Source: a virus. From it: a DNA stretch of 64,000 bases. A program made the position numbers and the translations under genes. This document shows positions 56,232 to 64,000 of this stretch, one piece after another. A model generated the notes under the pieces. The model did not search any database. It was not told the DNA's origin and was given only the letters and a program-made list of their open reading frames with translations. Every line of letters starts with the position of its first letter. Position 1 is the stretch's first letter. Location of the stretch: the IMG/VR virus record IMGVR_UViG_3300044681_000369, positions 64,001 through 128,000 of that record. One strand, given 5' to 3'.

Positions 56232-56894
56232 TTAATCATATTGACCGTTTTCGTACATTCTTTTTGACTCCAAGAGATAAGGAACATAAGGATCTCGTCT
56301 ATCAATAAAGACAAGCGGTTCTTCATCATCCACAGCCATAAGAATGACGCTACGATTGATGGGAGTGCCCGTACGTTCTTCATACATGATAGCATACGCG
56401 GCACATTGGGCAAAATATCCAGGAATGTCCTCATGTCTTTTGACACGCTTGGATGTTTTGAAGTCGATAACAGACAGTCTACCATCAAACTCGGCAATAC
56501 AGTCAACTTGACCTGCGATGCCTAGATGATCGCTGTATAGAAATGCTTCGATATAGTGAATGTTGTCAATTCGATCCAAGACAGGAGCAAACTTTGTCCA
56601 CATCTCTTTTTCAATCAAATTGAGTTCCGGCAAAGGTTCATTCTTCAGATAACTCTCACAACAAGCGTGGACCTTGGTACCACGAACGGTAGCCTTTTTG
56701 GATATCTGATCTGCTACCTCTGAGCCGACTCTTTGGCGCCACTCATAGATGGCTTTCTTGCCACGAACAGAGAGAACAGTGGTGACAGACGGATATCTGT
56801 CACCACTTTCAGTCTCATAAACCCTTGATCCATCTATGTTTTTTCTGGTCAGGGTCGGTAGTTTAGGTAAAGCCAAATGAGTAAATGTTTTCAT
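56232..56894 (-). CDS. PD-(D/E)XK exonuclease (RecB-family, common in T4-like phages)
   Basis: YPSVTTVL, RGTKVH, AGQVDCI, IDFKTS, QCAAYA. Start MKTF at 56894. Confidence 0.88.
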   Translation of the reverse strand: MKTFTHLALPKLPTLTRKNIDGSRVYETESGDRYPSVTTVLSVRGKKAIYEWRQRVGSEVADQISKKATVRGTKVHACCESYLKNEPLPELNLIEKEMWTKFAPVLDRIDNIHYIEAFLYSDHLGIAGQVDCIAEFDGRLSVIDFKTSKRVKRHEDIPGYFAQCAAYAIMYEERTGTPINRSVILMAVDDEEPLVFIDRRDPYVPYLLESKRMYENGQYD

Positions 56895-56900
56895 GATGTA

Positions 56901-56938
56901 ATCATAACACAAATCTACCCATTTGTCAAGAGGTTTTT
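56901..56938 (-). promoter_or_regulatory. Sigma70 promoter for the exonuclease (probably leaderless mRNA)
   Basis: TTGACA (56924-56929), 17-nt spacer, TATGAT (56901-56906), ATG 6 nt later. Confidence 0.8.
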
Positions 56939-57686
56939 AACAGTGTCTTTCTTCGTACTCCATTCTGGCCAAGATATACTCTTTTACCAAAGCCGACCGT
57001 ACAATATCGTCTGCCGTAAATTCCACAGTTTTGAAGGACGGCATCAACTCTGCAATATGCATGAACTTGTGCAATCCAGACATATCATGTCTTTTGTATA
57101 AGTCGGTCTGTCTAAAGTCACCACAGAAAATAATTTTTGAATTATTTCCAATTCTAGTCATAATGGAATTTAGTTCCATATCTGTCATATTTTGACATTC
57201 ATCGACAATTACAATTGCATGATCTAATGTGATACCTCTAACATAAGAGGTAACCATAAAATCTATAGATTTTTGTTCCTGCAATCTTTGAAATGGCTGA
57301 ATGTGATTGAACAACTCATTACAGATTTCAATGTAAGGTTGCATATAAACTTCGGTCTTTTCTTTCTCGTCTCCAGGCAAATGACCAATTTCTCTAGATG
57401 GCACAGCCGATCGCACAATAATTACTTTTCCGTATGTTGAGCCATATAGAACTTCATCTAGGGCTTTATAGAGGGCAATATATGTTTTCCCTGTTCCTGC
57501 TACACCGTGTAAGAGTATAGCTCTGGAGTCTTTGTCGAACATGTCCCAAAATAGTTTTTGATTCAAGTTTTTTGGTGACATCCTTTTTAAGTCTGAATAT
57601 TTTACTTTGCATAGCTTACTTTTCTCTATAGTAATTTGCTCGTCTGTCGGGTGGATAACATGAAGGTTATTCTTTTTTCTCGACAT
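56937..57686 (-). CDS. phoH: PhoH-family ATPase
   Basis: GVAGTGKT, IGHLPG, YVRGITL, VDECQN, TRIG, GDFRQTD, DIVRS. Likely start MSRKK at 57686. Confidence 0.95.
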   Translation of the reverse strand: MSRKKNNLHVIHPTDEQITIEKSKLCKVKYSDLKRMSPKNLNQKLFWDMFDKDSRAILLHGVAGTGKTYIALYKALDEVLYGSTYGKVIIVRSAVPSREIGHLPGDEKEKTEVYMQPYIEICNELFNHIQPFQRLQEQKSIDFMVTSYVRGITLDHAIVIVDECQNMTDMELNSIMTRIGNNSKIIFCGDFRQTDLYKRHDMSGLHKFMHIAELMPSFKTVEFTADDIVRSALVKEYILARMEYEERHC

Positions 57687-57800
57687 AAATGCCCTTTTGC
57701 GGTTGGAGTTATGATAAAGGCGACACTGCTTACGCGGTGTCGCCCGTGAATGCCTACGATGCGGCATGAAACTTTCTATGTCTTCTTCTATGCATAACTT

Positions 57801-57808
57801 TATTTATG
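57801..57808 (-). promoter_or_regulatory. Late promoter variant CATAAATA upstream of the phoH leader
   Basis: Immediately after the denV stop codon. Confidence 0.55.
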
Positions 57809-57809
57809 A

Positions 57810-58352
57810 TTATGAGACTCCATACCAGCTAGGAACTTCACGATTTTTCCATTTTGCCATATTATTTTTTGCACCAATATAATAGTTGCGATATGACTGC
57901 AATGAGTCGCCAGGAACTTTATATTGATCTGGCATCGCAGGTGTAGGCTGAGTCAAATGACTTACCGGAATATTTTTGGGTGGCTTACGCAACCAATACA
58001 CTAGGCGTTCGGTAGAATGTATCTTACCGTATCGATAAGTGTACTCTGCAAGGAGGGACTGGAATAAACACATAAGCCAATTATAATTATTGTTAGATTG
58101 ACGAACCCACACAGCACTCGGATGATTGATGTGTGTGGCCTTATAGAGTTCTCTATCAAGTGTACTATCCTCTAATCGCCAACGCCTGATTGATCTACCG
58201 TTGGCAGTTTTATCCGTGTATTCAATTCCATCAATAACACGATGCGCGGTAGATAGTAGTTGCGCATACTCCAGGATCATTTTAACAACATGCTTGTCAT
58301 TGTGATATTCAGCACATTTGGCAACATCACGGTCCAAATAAAATATATTCAC
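57810..58352 (-). CDS. denV: Pyrimidine-dimer DNA glycosylase / endonuclease V family
   Basis: MNIFYLD, DKHVVKMILEYAQLLSTAH, YKATHINHPS, EYTYRYGKIH, AMPDQYK, YRNYY. Confidence 0.85.
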   Translation of the reverse strand: MNIFYLDRDVAKCAEYHNDKHVVKMILEYAQLLSTAHRVIDGIEYTDKTANGRSIRRWRLEDSTLDRELYKATHINHPSAVWVRQSNNNYNWLMCLFQSLLAEYTYRYGKIHSTERLVYWLRKPPKNIPVSHLTQPTPAMPDQYKVPGDSLQSYRNYYIGAKNNMAKWKNREVPSWYGVS

Positions 58353-58627
58353 TATATGTCAACCTCTTCAACGGAATCTCGAATTGCTTTAACATGCGAT
58401 TTTGCACTATTAGATAGTATATCAGATTGGTACGCAATGTCAAGACATTTCATGACATAAATTGGGTCCAAAACGCCCAAATCGTGAGAATTTAGTCTTT
58501 CCTCGGTGTTTCCAAAGGCATTTAAGCAAAAAAGCACCAGATCAACGTCTGCCTGGCTATATAGCGGAATCCTATAGTGTCGGCGTTCCGTTGTGTACTT
58601 ATTAGGAAACTTGACTACGTTATTCAT
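58352..58627 (-). CDS. Hypothetical protein
   Basis: Tightly overlapped with both neighbours in the operon. Confidence 0.6.
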   Translation of the reverse strand: MNNVVKFPNKYTTERRHYRIPLYSQADVDLVLFCLNAFGNTEERLNSHDLGVLDPIYVMKCLDIAYQSDILSNSAKSHVKAIRDSVEEVDI

Positions 58628-59735
58628 GCAAGTATTTATCTGCCAACAGTTTATTCAACATCATTTTTGGACCACTATTATGGCACAAAAAGTTATAGTG
58701 TGAATACTTGTCAAACTTATTGGCAGAGTTTATTGCATCTATAAGAGTTTCATGTGAAACTTTCTCTGGAGACACTATCTCTATATAATCTGAAACTAGC
58801 TGTGAACTAATTGCGTTTTCTCCGGTTTGAGGAATTGCAATTTGTGCCGCGTTTGTCCAAAAACATTTACCCACAGTTCCCACCCCACCATGGTGTACAA
58901 CAGCTTTTGCTTTGTTGAAAATTTTATGATGAGGAACAACTTTACGAATAACTTTAAAGTTTTCGGATTCTTTGATGGAACACGGTCCTAATACTAAAAC
59001 AGGATAAGTTTCAGATATCTGCTTTGCAATTTCGTATAGATTGTTGGGAAACAAAGTATTTTTTGCTCCTGTTCCCATAGAAAATACGACTGGTCTTTTT
59101 CTTAGAAAGGACTCAACACTTTCTTGCAACTCATCTTTTTGAAGAAGAAAAAAGAAGTTAGTAAAATTGATCTTGTCAATTATATCTGAGTTTTTAATTT
59201 TGTCAACATAAAATTTTGGTATATCCAAAAATATTGGATTTGATCTAGAGAATACATCCATGGATGTGGTCTCTTCTGGAGGCAAACCAATCTCTTCTCG
59301 TATTCTGTTCCATGGTCCTATTGTGACCTCTTGAAATCTCTTTTTACCTTCGTCTGAAATAAAGTATGCTAAGGACCCGCCAAACTCAACTCTAGGAATT
59401 TTGGTAAAGTCCGAATACAATGCGGCAAGAGGCATTGTAATCGGATCTCTAATTATTAATTCTGGGGCAAAAGAATCAGCAAAATCAAAGAATTGATGAT
59501 ATGCAGTTAAATTAAATAAATGATAATCACATAAAATCTTGCCAACATCATAATCATCATATGTTTTGGTGTGATGTGTTGATACTGCTTTAAATCCGTA
59601 TTTTGTAATTTCGTTCAAAAACGAAGATTCAGTTATAAACAATACTTCATGACCCAAACTAGTTAACTCTTGGGCAAGCCTAATATAAAGAGCCACGTGA
59701 CCATATGATCCATATACGGCTAACAATATTCTCAT
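58620..59735 (-). CDS. Glycosyltransferase, GT-B fold (GT1/GT28-like)
   Basis: GSYGHV, LGHEV, VFSMGT, VPHH, VVHHGGVGT, IPQTGE. Confidence 0.85.
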   Translation of the reverse strand: MRILLAVYGSYGHVALYIRLAQELTSLGHEVLFITESSFLNEITKYGFKAVSTHHTKTYDDYDVGKILCDYHLFNLTAYHQFFDFADSFAPELIIRDPITMPLAALYSDFTKIPRVEFGGSLAYFISDEGKKRFQEVTIGPWNRIREEIGLPPEETTSMDVFSRSNPIFLDIPKFYVDKIKNSDIIDKINFTNFFFLLQKDELQESVESFLRKRPVVFSMGTGAKNTLFPNNLYEIAKQISETYPVLVLGPCSIKESENFKVIRKVVPHHKIFNKAKAVVHHGGVGTVGKCFWTNAAQIAIPQTGENAISSQLVSDYIEIVSPEKVSHETLIDAINSANKFDKYSHYNFLCHNSGPKMMLNKLLADKYLHE

Positions 59736-61168
59736 GTCACAACTTTCACACCATAAAATTGCTCAAAGTCTTGAGCATCTCTTCTGTTATTTACCATAGG
59801 TTGTCCCTTAATATTCAAGCTAGTATTAAGTAACATTGGACAACCATAATTCTCATACATTTTTCTGAGTAATGTATACAGTCCTGGATGCTGATCAAAG
59901 TTTACAGTTTGTACACGGCTTGTTCCGTCACCATGAACAATAGCAGGATACTGGTCAGGAAATTTGCATCTTGCAGTAAACTGCATATAAGGGGATTCCT
60001 TAACTGGCATCTCAAAATATCGTTCTGCAAGTTCTTCCATGATAACCGGCGCAAATGGTCTAAATTTCTGTCTACGCTTAATTTCATTTACTCTATCCTT
60101 CATGTCTGATCGTGTGGGATCTGCAAGTAGTGATCTATTTCCTAAAGCTCTAGGACCAAATTCTGCTCTACCATTGGCAACACCAACCATTCCGTTTGTT
60201 ACCAGTTCGTGCATCAATTCTTTGACTGGATATGCTCCACCAATATTTTCTCCTAAATACGGACCATTCCAATCCAGATGTTCCTTGTTATTTGCCGCAA
60301 TTGCACCTAGAGAACTTCCAGCGTCACTAGGATTAGGCATAATCCAGATGTTCTTAAAGTATTTTGTGGCAATATGATTTGCACTACAGTTTAAAGCACA
60401 ACCTCCCATAAGAACAAGGTTTTCCTGATTTGGATCACTATCCTTTGCTCGTTTCAGAAGTTTCTCAAACTCTTCTTCATACACCTTTTGGGCGGCAGCG
60501 GCAAGATCATATGGATGTGGTTCAGAATCACCTTTAGGATTCCACCATCTACAGCCCCGATGAAGATTTTGTGTGTCGTATAATTCCCGAGTTTCCGCAT
60601 AAAATCTATCTGGATCACCATACGCAACCATTCCCATAAGAATATACTCATCTTCGTTCGGCTTCAAAGATACTCTGTCGGTAATTGCTGAATAAAAAAG
60701 ACCTAGTGATTTTGGATATTTCATTCTCCAAACTTTTTTGAGTTTGTTTGCATGACAGTGCCATATGGATGCAGTATCAAACTCACCAATAGCATCAATA
60801 ACAAGAGTTGTTGCTGATACCATTCCTGAAGTAAAATAACCCGCGGCCGCGTGTGACTCATGATGGTCAGCCATCTTAATCTTCACACCGGTAATTCCAT
60901 ATTTTGCAAGATAGTCTTTAGGATGAAAATAGACATATCCCATGCCACAAACAAATCTACGAAGCATTCTCATCCAAGAATTTTCATACCAATGAATTAC
61001 ATCGGGCTTACCAAATTGAAGCGCGGCAGAAATTAGAGAGGGACACAGGTCCTTATCATTTTTCTTTCCACTATATCTTTCGGAATGAGATGCAAACAAA
61101 ATCTTACTCCCGCTAACCACGGTAAGCGATGCATCATGGGCGCCAGCAGAAATTCCCCACTCAATCAT
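59732..61168 (-). CDS. Carbamoyltransferase (NodU/CmcH/TobZ family)
   Basis: HDAS, HHESHAA, DAIGE, MGMVAYG, GGCALNC, EFGPRALGNRS, FRPFAP, LLNTSLN. Confidence 0.95.
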   Translation of the reverse strand: MIEWGISAGAHDASLTVVSGSKILFASHSERYSGKKNDKDLCPSLISAALQFGKPDVIHWYENSWMRMLRRFVCGMGYVYFHPKDYLAKYGITGVKIKMADHHESHAAAGYFTSGMVSATTLVIDAIGEFDTASIWHCHANKLKKVWRMKYPKSLGLFYSAITDRVSLKPNEDEYILMGMVAYGDPDRFYAETRELYDTQNLHRGCRWWNPKGDSEPHPYDLAAAAQKVYEEEFEKLLKRAKDSDPNQENLVLMGGCALNCSANHIATKYFKNIWIMPNPSDAGSSLGAIAANNKEHLDWNGPYLGENIGGAYPVKELMHELVTNGMVGVANGRAEFGPRALGNRSLLADPTRSDMKDRVNEIKRRQKFRPFAPVIMEELAERYFEMPVKESPYMQFTARCKFPDQYPAIVHGDGTSRVQTVNFDQHPGLYTLLRKMYENYGCPMLLNTSLNIKGQPMVNNRRDAQDFEQFYGVKVVT

Positions 61169-62657
61169 TAAAGTATTCCTCTAGTTGCGGAAAGGTATTT
61201 TTCCAATCTGTACCACGTCTCTTATCATGTTGGTCAAAGTGACTTAGTAAGTTTCTCTTGTGTCTAGGATCAGTAACACGATGTTCTTTCATCCATTCCA
61301 GATTGCGCTTTAATTTATTAACCTCAAAATCATAAAATCCAATAAAGCCGTTTTCTGGATTTGCTTCCATAAACTCAATAGCTTCTTCTAGATACTTTTC
61401 AAATTGTTCGGGCAAAGAGTTTATTGCCATCCAATCTGGATATCTCAATAATGGAATATCAAACCAAACACGCTGTCTTGGATGAACCTCAAAATCTGGA
61501 TGTTTATGGTTAGGATCAAAAATAGGAATATATTTTACACCCTGCTTTTCGTGACTGTATTTTGTTCTAAGTTCCAAAATATATTCAAGATATTTTTTGA
61601 TACCAAACAAAGACAAGGTATTAAATGTGTTAATAAAATATATTGATGTGTTGCAGGTCTCAGATAAAATTCTCTCAACATTTTCTTGCATGTAAGAATA
61701 ATTCAGACCAGTTCTAATATATTCTGCTTGTTCACCTACGCTATCTAAACTCACATATACGGCAACATTTTTTAATGCCATATTAACATACCAATGATTG
61801 CCGGAACCAGGATTGAATCGTTCCTCGTCTTTCCAGATTTGGATCTCTTCTAGCTTCTGAAGTTTATCGACAAACTTGTCCATAAGCTCTGGCTTAGGAG
61901 GACTCATATTGCTAGTTACAGAAACCTCTAGCCAAGCATTAGGATGCTCATAGATATAGTCCAAAACCTTATATGTATTGCTGTCCATTAGCGGCTCACC
62001 ACCAGTCATACGGAACACTTCTAGTTTCTTGTATAACTCTGGCCACCACCGCCAAAATGCAGTCAGATATGGATTATCTGCTTGCTTGACTTTCAAAGGC
62101 ATAAGCCCCTGTCTAGCAAGATATCCCATGTCATTGTGACCCTCAATTTGACCAGACGCATTCTCTATCTGCAACGGACCATGCTCTTTGATCTCATCTT
62201 CCCAAGTGGTACTTAGATGAGGCGAACAATACATACATTTAAAGTTACAAGCCTGGTTAAAGTTGACTTCCACATATCGTGGCGTCATATTGCCTACATC
62301 AAGGGCTTCAATAATATCGCTTCTGGAGTTTTGTGCCCAATCTTCTCCTGAGCGATATATTCTATCACTTCTGGCTCCAGCATCCTCAATTTTCCAACAG
62401 TAGGAGCAACCAGCTGGACGCTCACCAGAAAGCATCTGCTTACGCTCTTCTTTCTTTTGTTTTGTGTTGTGTAGTGCTGAAGGATTATCCTTCAACTCAA
62501 GAACATCAATCTTGTGTGTTGGTGGATGGTAGCAACTGTGTGTCATGCCATTGGTCAAGTGCATAGACACCTGTGACCATTTAGCATAACACATGCTACT
62601 AGAAATGCGTCTTAATTGATTTTCGGCTTTAGTCGCGGCATCATCATATATGCTCAT
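61161..62657 (-). CDS. Radical SAM protein with extra N-terminal Cys cluster (twitch-like)
   Basis: CNFKCMYC (CxxxCxxC), TGGEPL; upstream CYAKW...SCYH...CSYCW. Confidence 0.92.
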   Translation of the reverse strand: MSIYDDAATKAENQLRRISSSMCYAKWSQVSMHLTNGMTHSCYHPPTHKIDVLELKDNPSALHNTKQKKEERKQMLSGERPAGCSYCWKIEDAGARSDRIYRSGEDWAQNSRSDIIEALDVGNMTPRYVEVNFNQACNFKCMYCSPHLSTTWEDEIKEHGPLQIENASGQIEGHNDMGYLARQGLMPLKVKQADNPYLTAFWRWWPELYKKLEVFRMTGGEPLMDSNTYKVLDYIYEHPNAWLEVSVTSNMSPPKPELMDKFVDKLQKLEEIQIWKDEERFNPGSGNHWYVNMALKNVAVYVSLDSVGEQAEYIRTGLNYSYMQENVERILSETCNTSIYFINTFNTLSLFGIKKYLEYILELRTKYSHEKQGVKYIPIFDPNHKHPDFEVHPRQRVWFDIPLLRYPDWMAINSLPEQFEKYLEEAIEFMEANPENGFIGFYDFEVNKLKRNLEWMKEHRVTDPRHKRNLLSHFDQHDKRRGTDWKNTFPQLEEYFND

Positions 62658-62672
62658 AATATATCCAATTAA

Positions 62673-62786
62673 TTAATCGTAAATAAAGGGGTCTTGCTTT
62701 CTCAACTCTTCAAGTCTTTTCTTAATCTGTTTTTCACGCTTTCTGCGCTCAAACCAATCTCGAATCTTTTGTACTAATTTTTTCAT
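62673..62786 (-). CDS. 37-aa basic protein ending DPFIYD
   Basis: Read manually: MKKLVQKIRDWFERRKREKQIKKRLEELRKQDPFIYD. ATGA overlap with the upstream stop; fills the operon gap. Confidence 0.7.
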   Translation of the reverse strand: MKKLVQKIRDWFERRKREKQIKKRLEELRKQDPFIYD

Positions 62787-63751
62787 TTCATTTGTCCTAT
62801 AATGTACTGTGCGGCAAGTTTGTGTGAAAGTTTACCATGATGAACCATATCTCTTGCCCTGTCTGTTCTTGTCCCCACTGGATCAAGTGCAACTGGCAAG
62901 TGACAATTTACAATTTTTGCGGCATCTGGATAAAAACTAAACTCTATCAATTTTGTTTTGCCTTTTAGCAATGCCCTAACAGTTCTGGCAGTATACTGAG
63001 TTTGCACATGTGCATGATATTTATTGCTGTTGTAAAAGTATAAAAAATTTTGATCATCGGTGTTTTTGCCAAAATTTTTTGTGTTGAAATGACCAAAACT
63101 CCATGCACCTAGATTTAATGCGTCACTGTTTCTAAAGTATGTTGCTCTATCAACACATGTCCAACCAATAACAACATATTTTGGAAAATCTGCTGGATGA
63201 ACAGTTTCAATTAGAGCAACAACGTTCTTCAAAATAGTATCATTAGAACCTGACGGATATCCAAAGTTTATAGGAACGGCTTGTGCCTTAGTTGCAACTA
63301 AAGATGTAACTACATCTTCTTCATTTAATCCTACACCAAAAACACTAGAGCAACCAAAAAATGGAATAGTCTTGTTCCACTCAGTTATTGAGTCGAACTC
63401 CACAGTCCTGTATCCCATAGAATTTATGTTGTATGAAATCTCTTTATCATAATATTCCCAAGTTTTGCCAAACTGTTCCTTGTGTTTAGCATGTTCATTT
63501 GGTCCATCAGTCTGACAATATCTGCTATCTATCGCACCCATTTCGGTCCTATATAGTAAAGACCTGTTAAATTCAAACTTATTTTTTCTGTGATACGCTA
63601 GATATATTGGATAATGGAATCCTGGCTCAAAGAAGCCAGCAACAGTCTCATCTTTTGGGGTCGGAGAATAATCCATTTTCTCTGCAGGAGCAGACGAATA
63701 TATGACCAGATTGGAAATATACTGAGACAGGATGTCTTTTGTCAGAGACAC
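62783..63751 (-). CDS. SGNH/GDSL-like hydrolase or acyltransferase
   Basis: Block I FFGCSSVFG, block II NFGYPSGSN, C-terminal DMVHHG (DxxH). Confidence 0.7.
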   Translation of the reverse strand: MSLTKDILSQYISNLVIYSSAPAEKMDYSPTPKDETVAGFFEPGFHYPIYLAYHRKNKFEFNRSLLYRTEMGAIDSRYCQTDGPNEHAKHKEQFGKTWEYYDKEISYNINSMGYRTVEFDSITEWNKTIPFFGCSSVFGVGLNEEDVVTSLVATKAQAVPINFGYPSGSNDTILKNVVALIETVHPADFPKYVVIGWTCVDRATYFRNSDALNLGAWSFGHFNTKNFGKNTDDQNFLYFYNSNKYHAHVQTQYTARTVRALLKGKTKLIEFSFYPDAAKIVNCHLPVALDPVGTRTDRARDMVHHGKLSHKLAAQYIIGQMK

Positions 63752-64000
63752 AAATGTTTTTCCTTCAGCAAAAATTCATACAAAGACATTGCAATTGCTG
63801 TATGACCATATTCTGATGGATGGGAACACTTTGACCAATACTTATTAGGACTACCAGTTTTTATATATTTTTGAAAATATTGAAAATCTTTTTCCGGTGG
63901 TGCGCCTGTCTCAACTGTTTCGACTATTTCCGAAATTGTTTTGCAACCATCAATAACGATATATTTATCCCAAGGATGCTGTTCATACATCAGTCGAAGT
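63742..64000 (-). CDS. Partial (runs off window end) SGNH-like protein
   Basis: C-terminal HPSEYGH..IA..LY pattern of SGNH block V. Confidence 0.55.
   Translation of the reverse strand, partial: LRLMYEQHPWDKYIVIDGCKTISEIVETVETGAPPEKDFQYFQKYIKTGSPNKYWSKCSHPSEYGHTAIAMSLYEFLLKEKHLCL

Noticed and set aside
56232-56894. Cas4 call for the exonuclease
   Set aside because: It lacks the C-terminal Cys cluster of Cas4; it is an ordinary PD-(D/E)XK phage exonuclease.
57687-57767. N-terminal extension of PhoH (MPHRRHS...) given in the ORF track
   Set aside because: No SD at 57767 and the region is strongly structured; MSRKK at 57686 follows an AAGGG SD.

Overview
This window is a 64-kb segment of a large T4-like myovirus genome. 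The host is probably an alphaproteobacterium, inferred from the type of tmRNA it carries. Most of the window is the virion morphogenesis module: prohead core genes, portal gp20, tube gp19, sheath gp18, terminase gp17/16, neck gp15/14/13, a cluster of Mtd_N-type fibre genes, baseplate genes (VrlC/DUF4815-like, gp8, gp7-like, gp6, gp25, a split gp5, gp27-like, gp53, gp48), then gp4, gp2, gp54-like, gp26/gp51 and a tape-measure candidate. It continues with gp32, gp59, gp33, a SleB-type hydrolase, an exonuclease, phoH, denV and part of a GT1/carbamoyltransferase/radical-SAM/SGNH cluster. The strongest unusual signals are: (1) a complete circularly permuted (two-piece) tmRNA gene with tag ANDNEGYALAA, missed by the ORF track; (2) a T TTT TTC slippery site that would fuse gp26 to the small gp51-like ORF by -1 frameshifting, directly upstream of the tape-measure gene (lambda G/GT-like); (3) five glycosyltransferases, a 2OG-Fe(II) oxygenase and a methyltransferase-like gene embedded among structural genes beside a Tyr/Ser/Thr-repeat protein and a mucin-like Thr tract, suggesting a virion hydroxylation/glycosylation system; (4) shared short terminal motifs among the fibre proteins, suggesting a branched fibre network; (5) a HAD phosphatase with a T4-type capsid-targeting N-terminus. 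All family assignments come from motif recognition and synteny; no searches were run.
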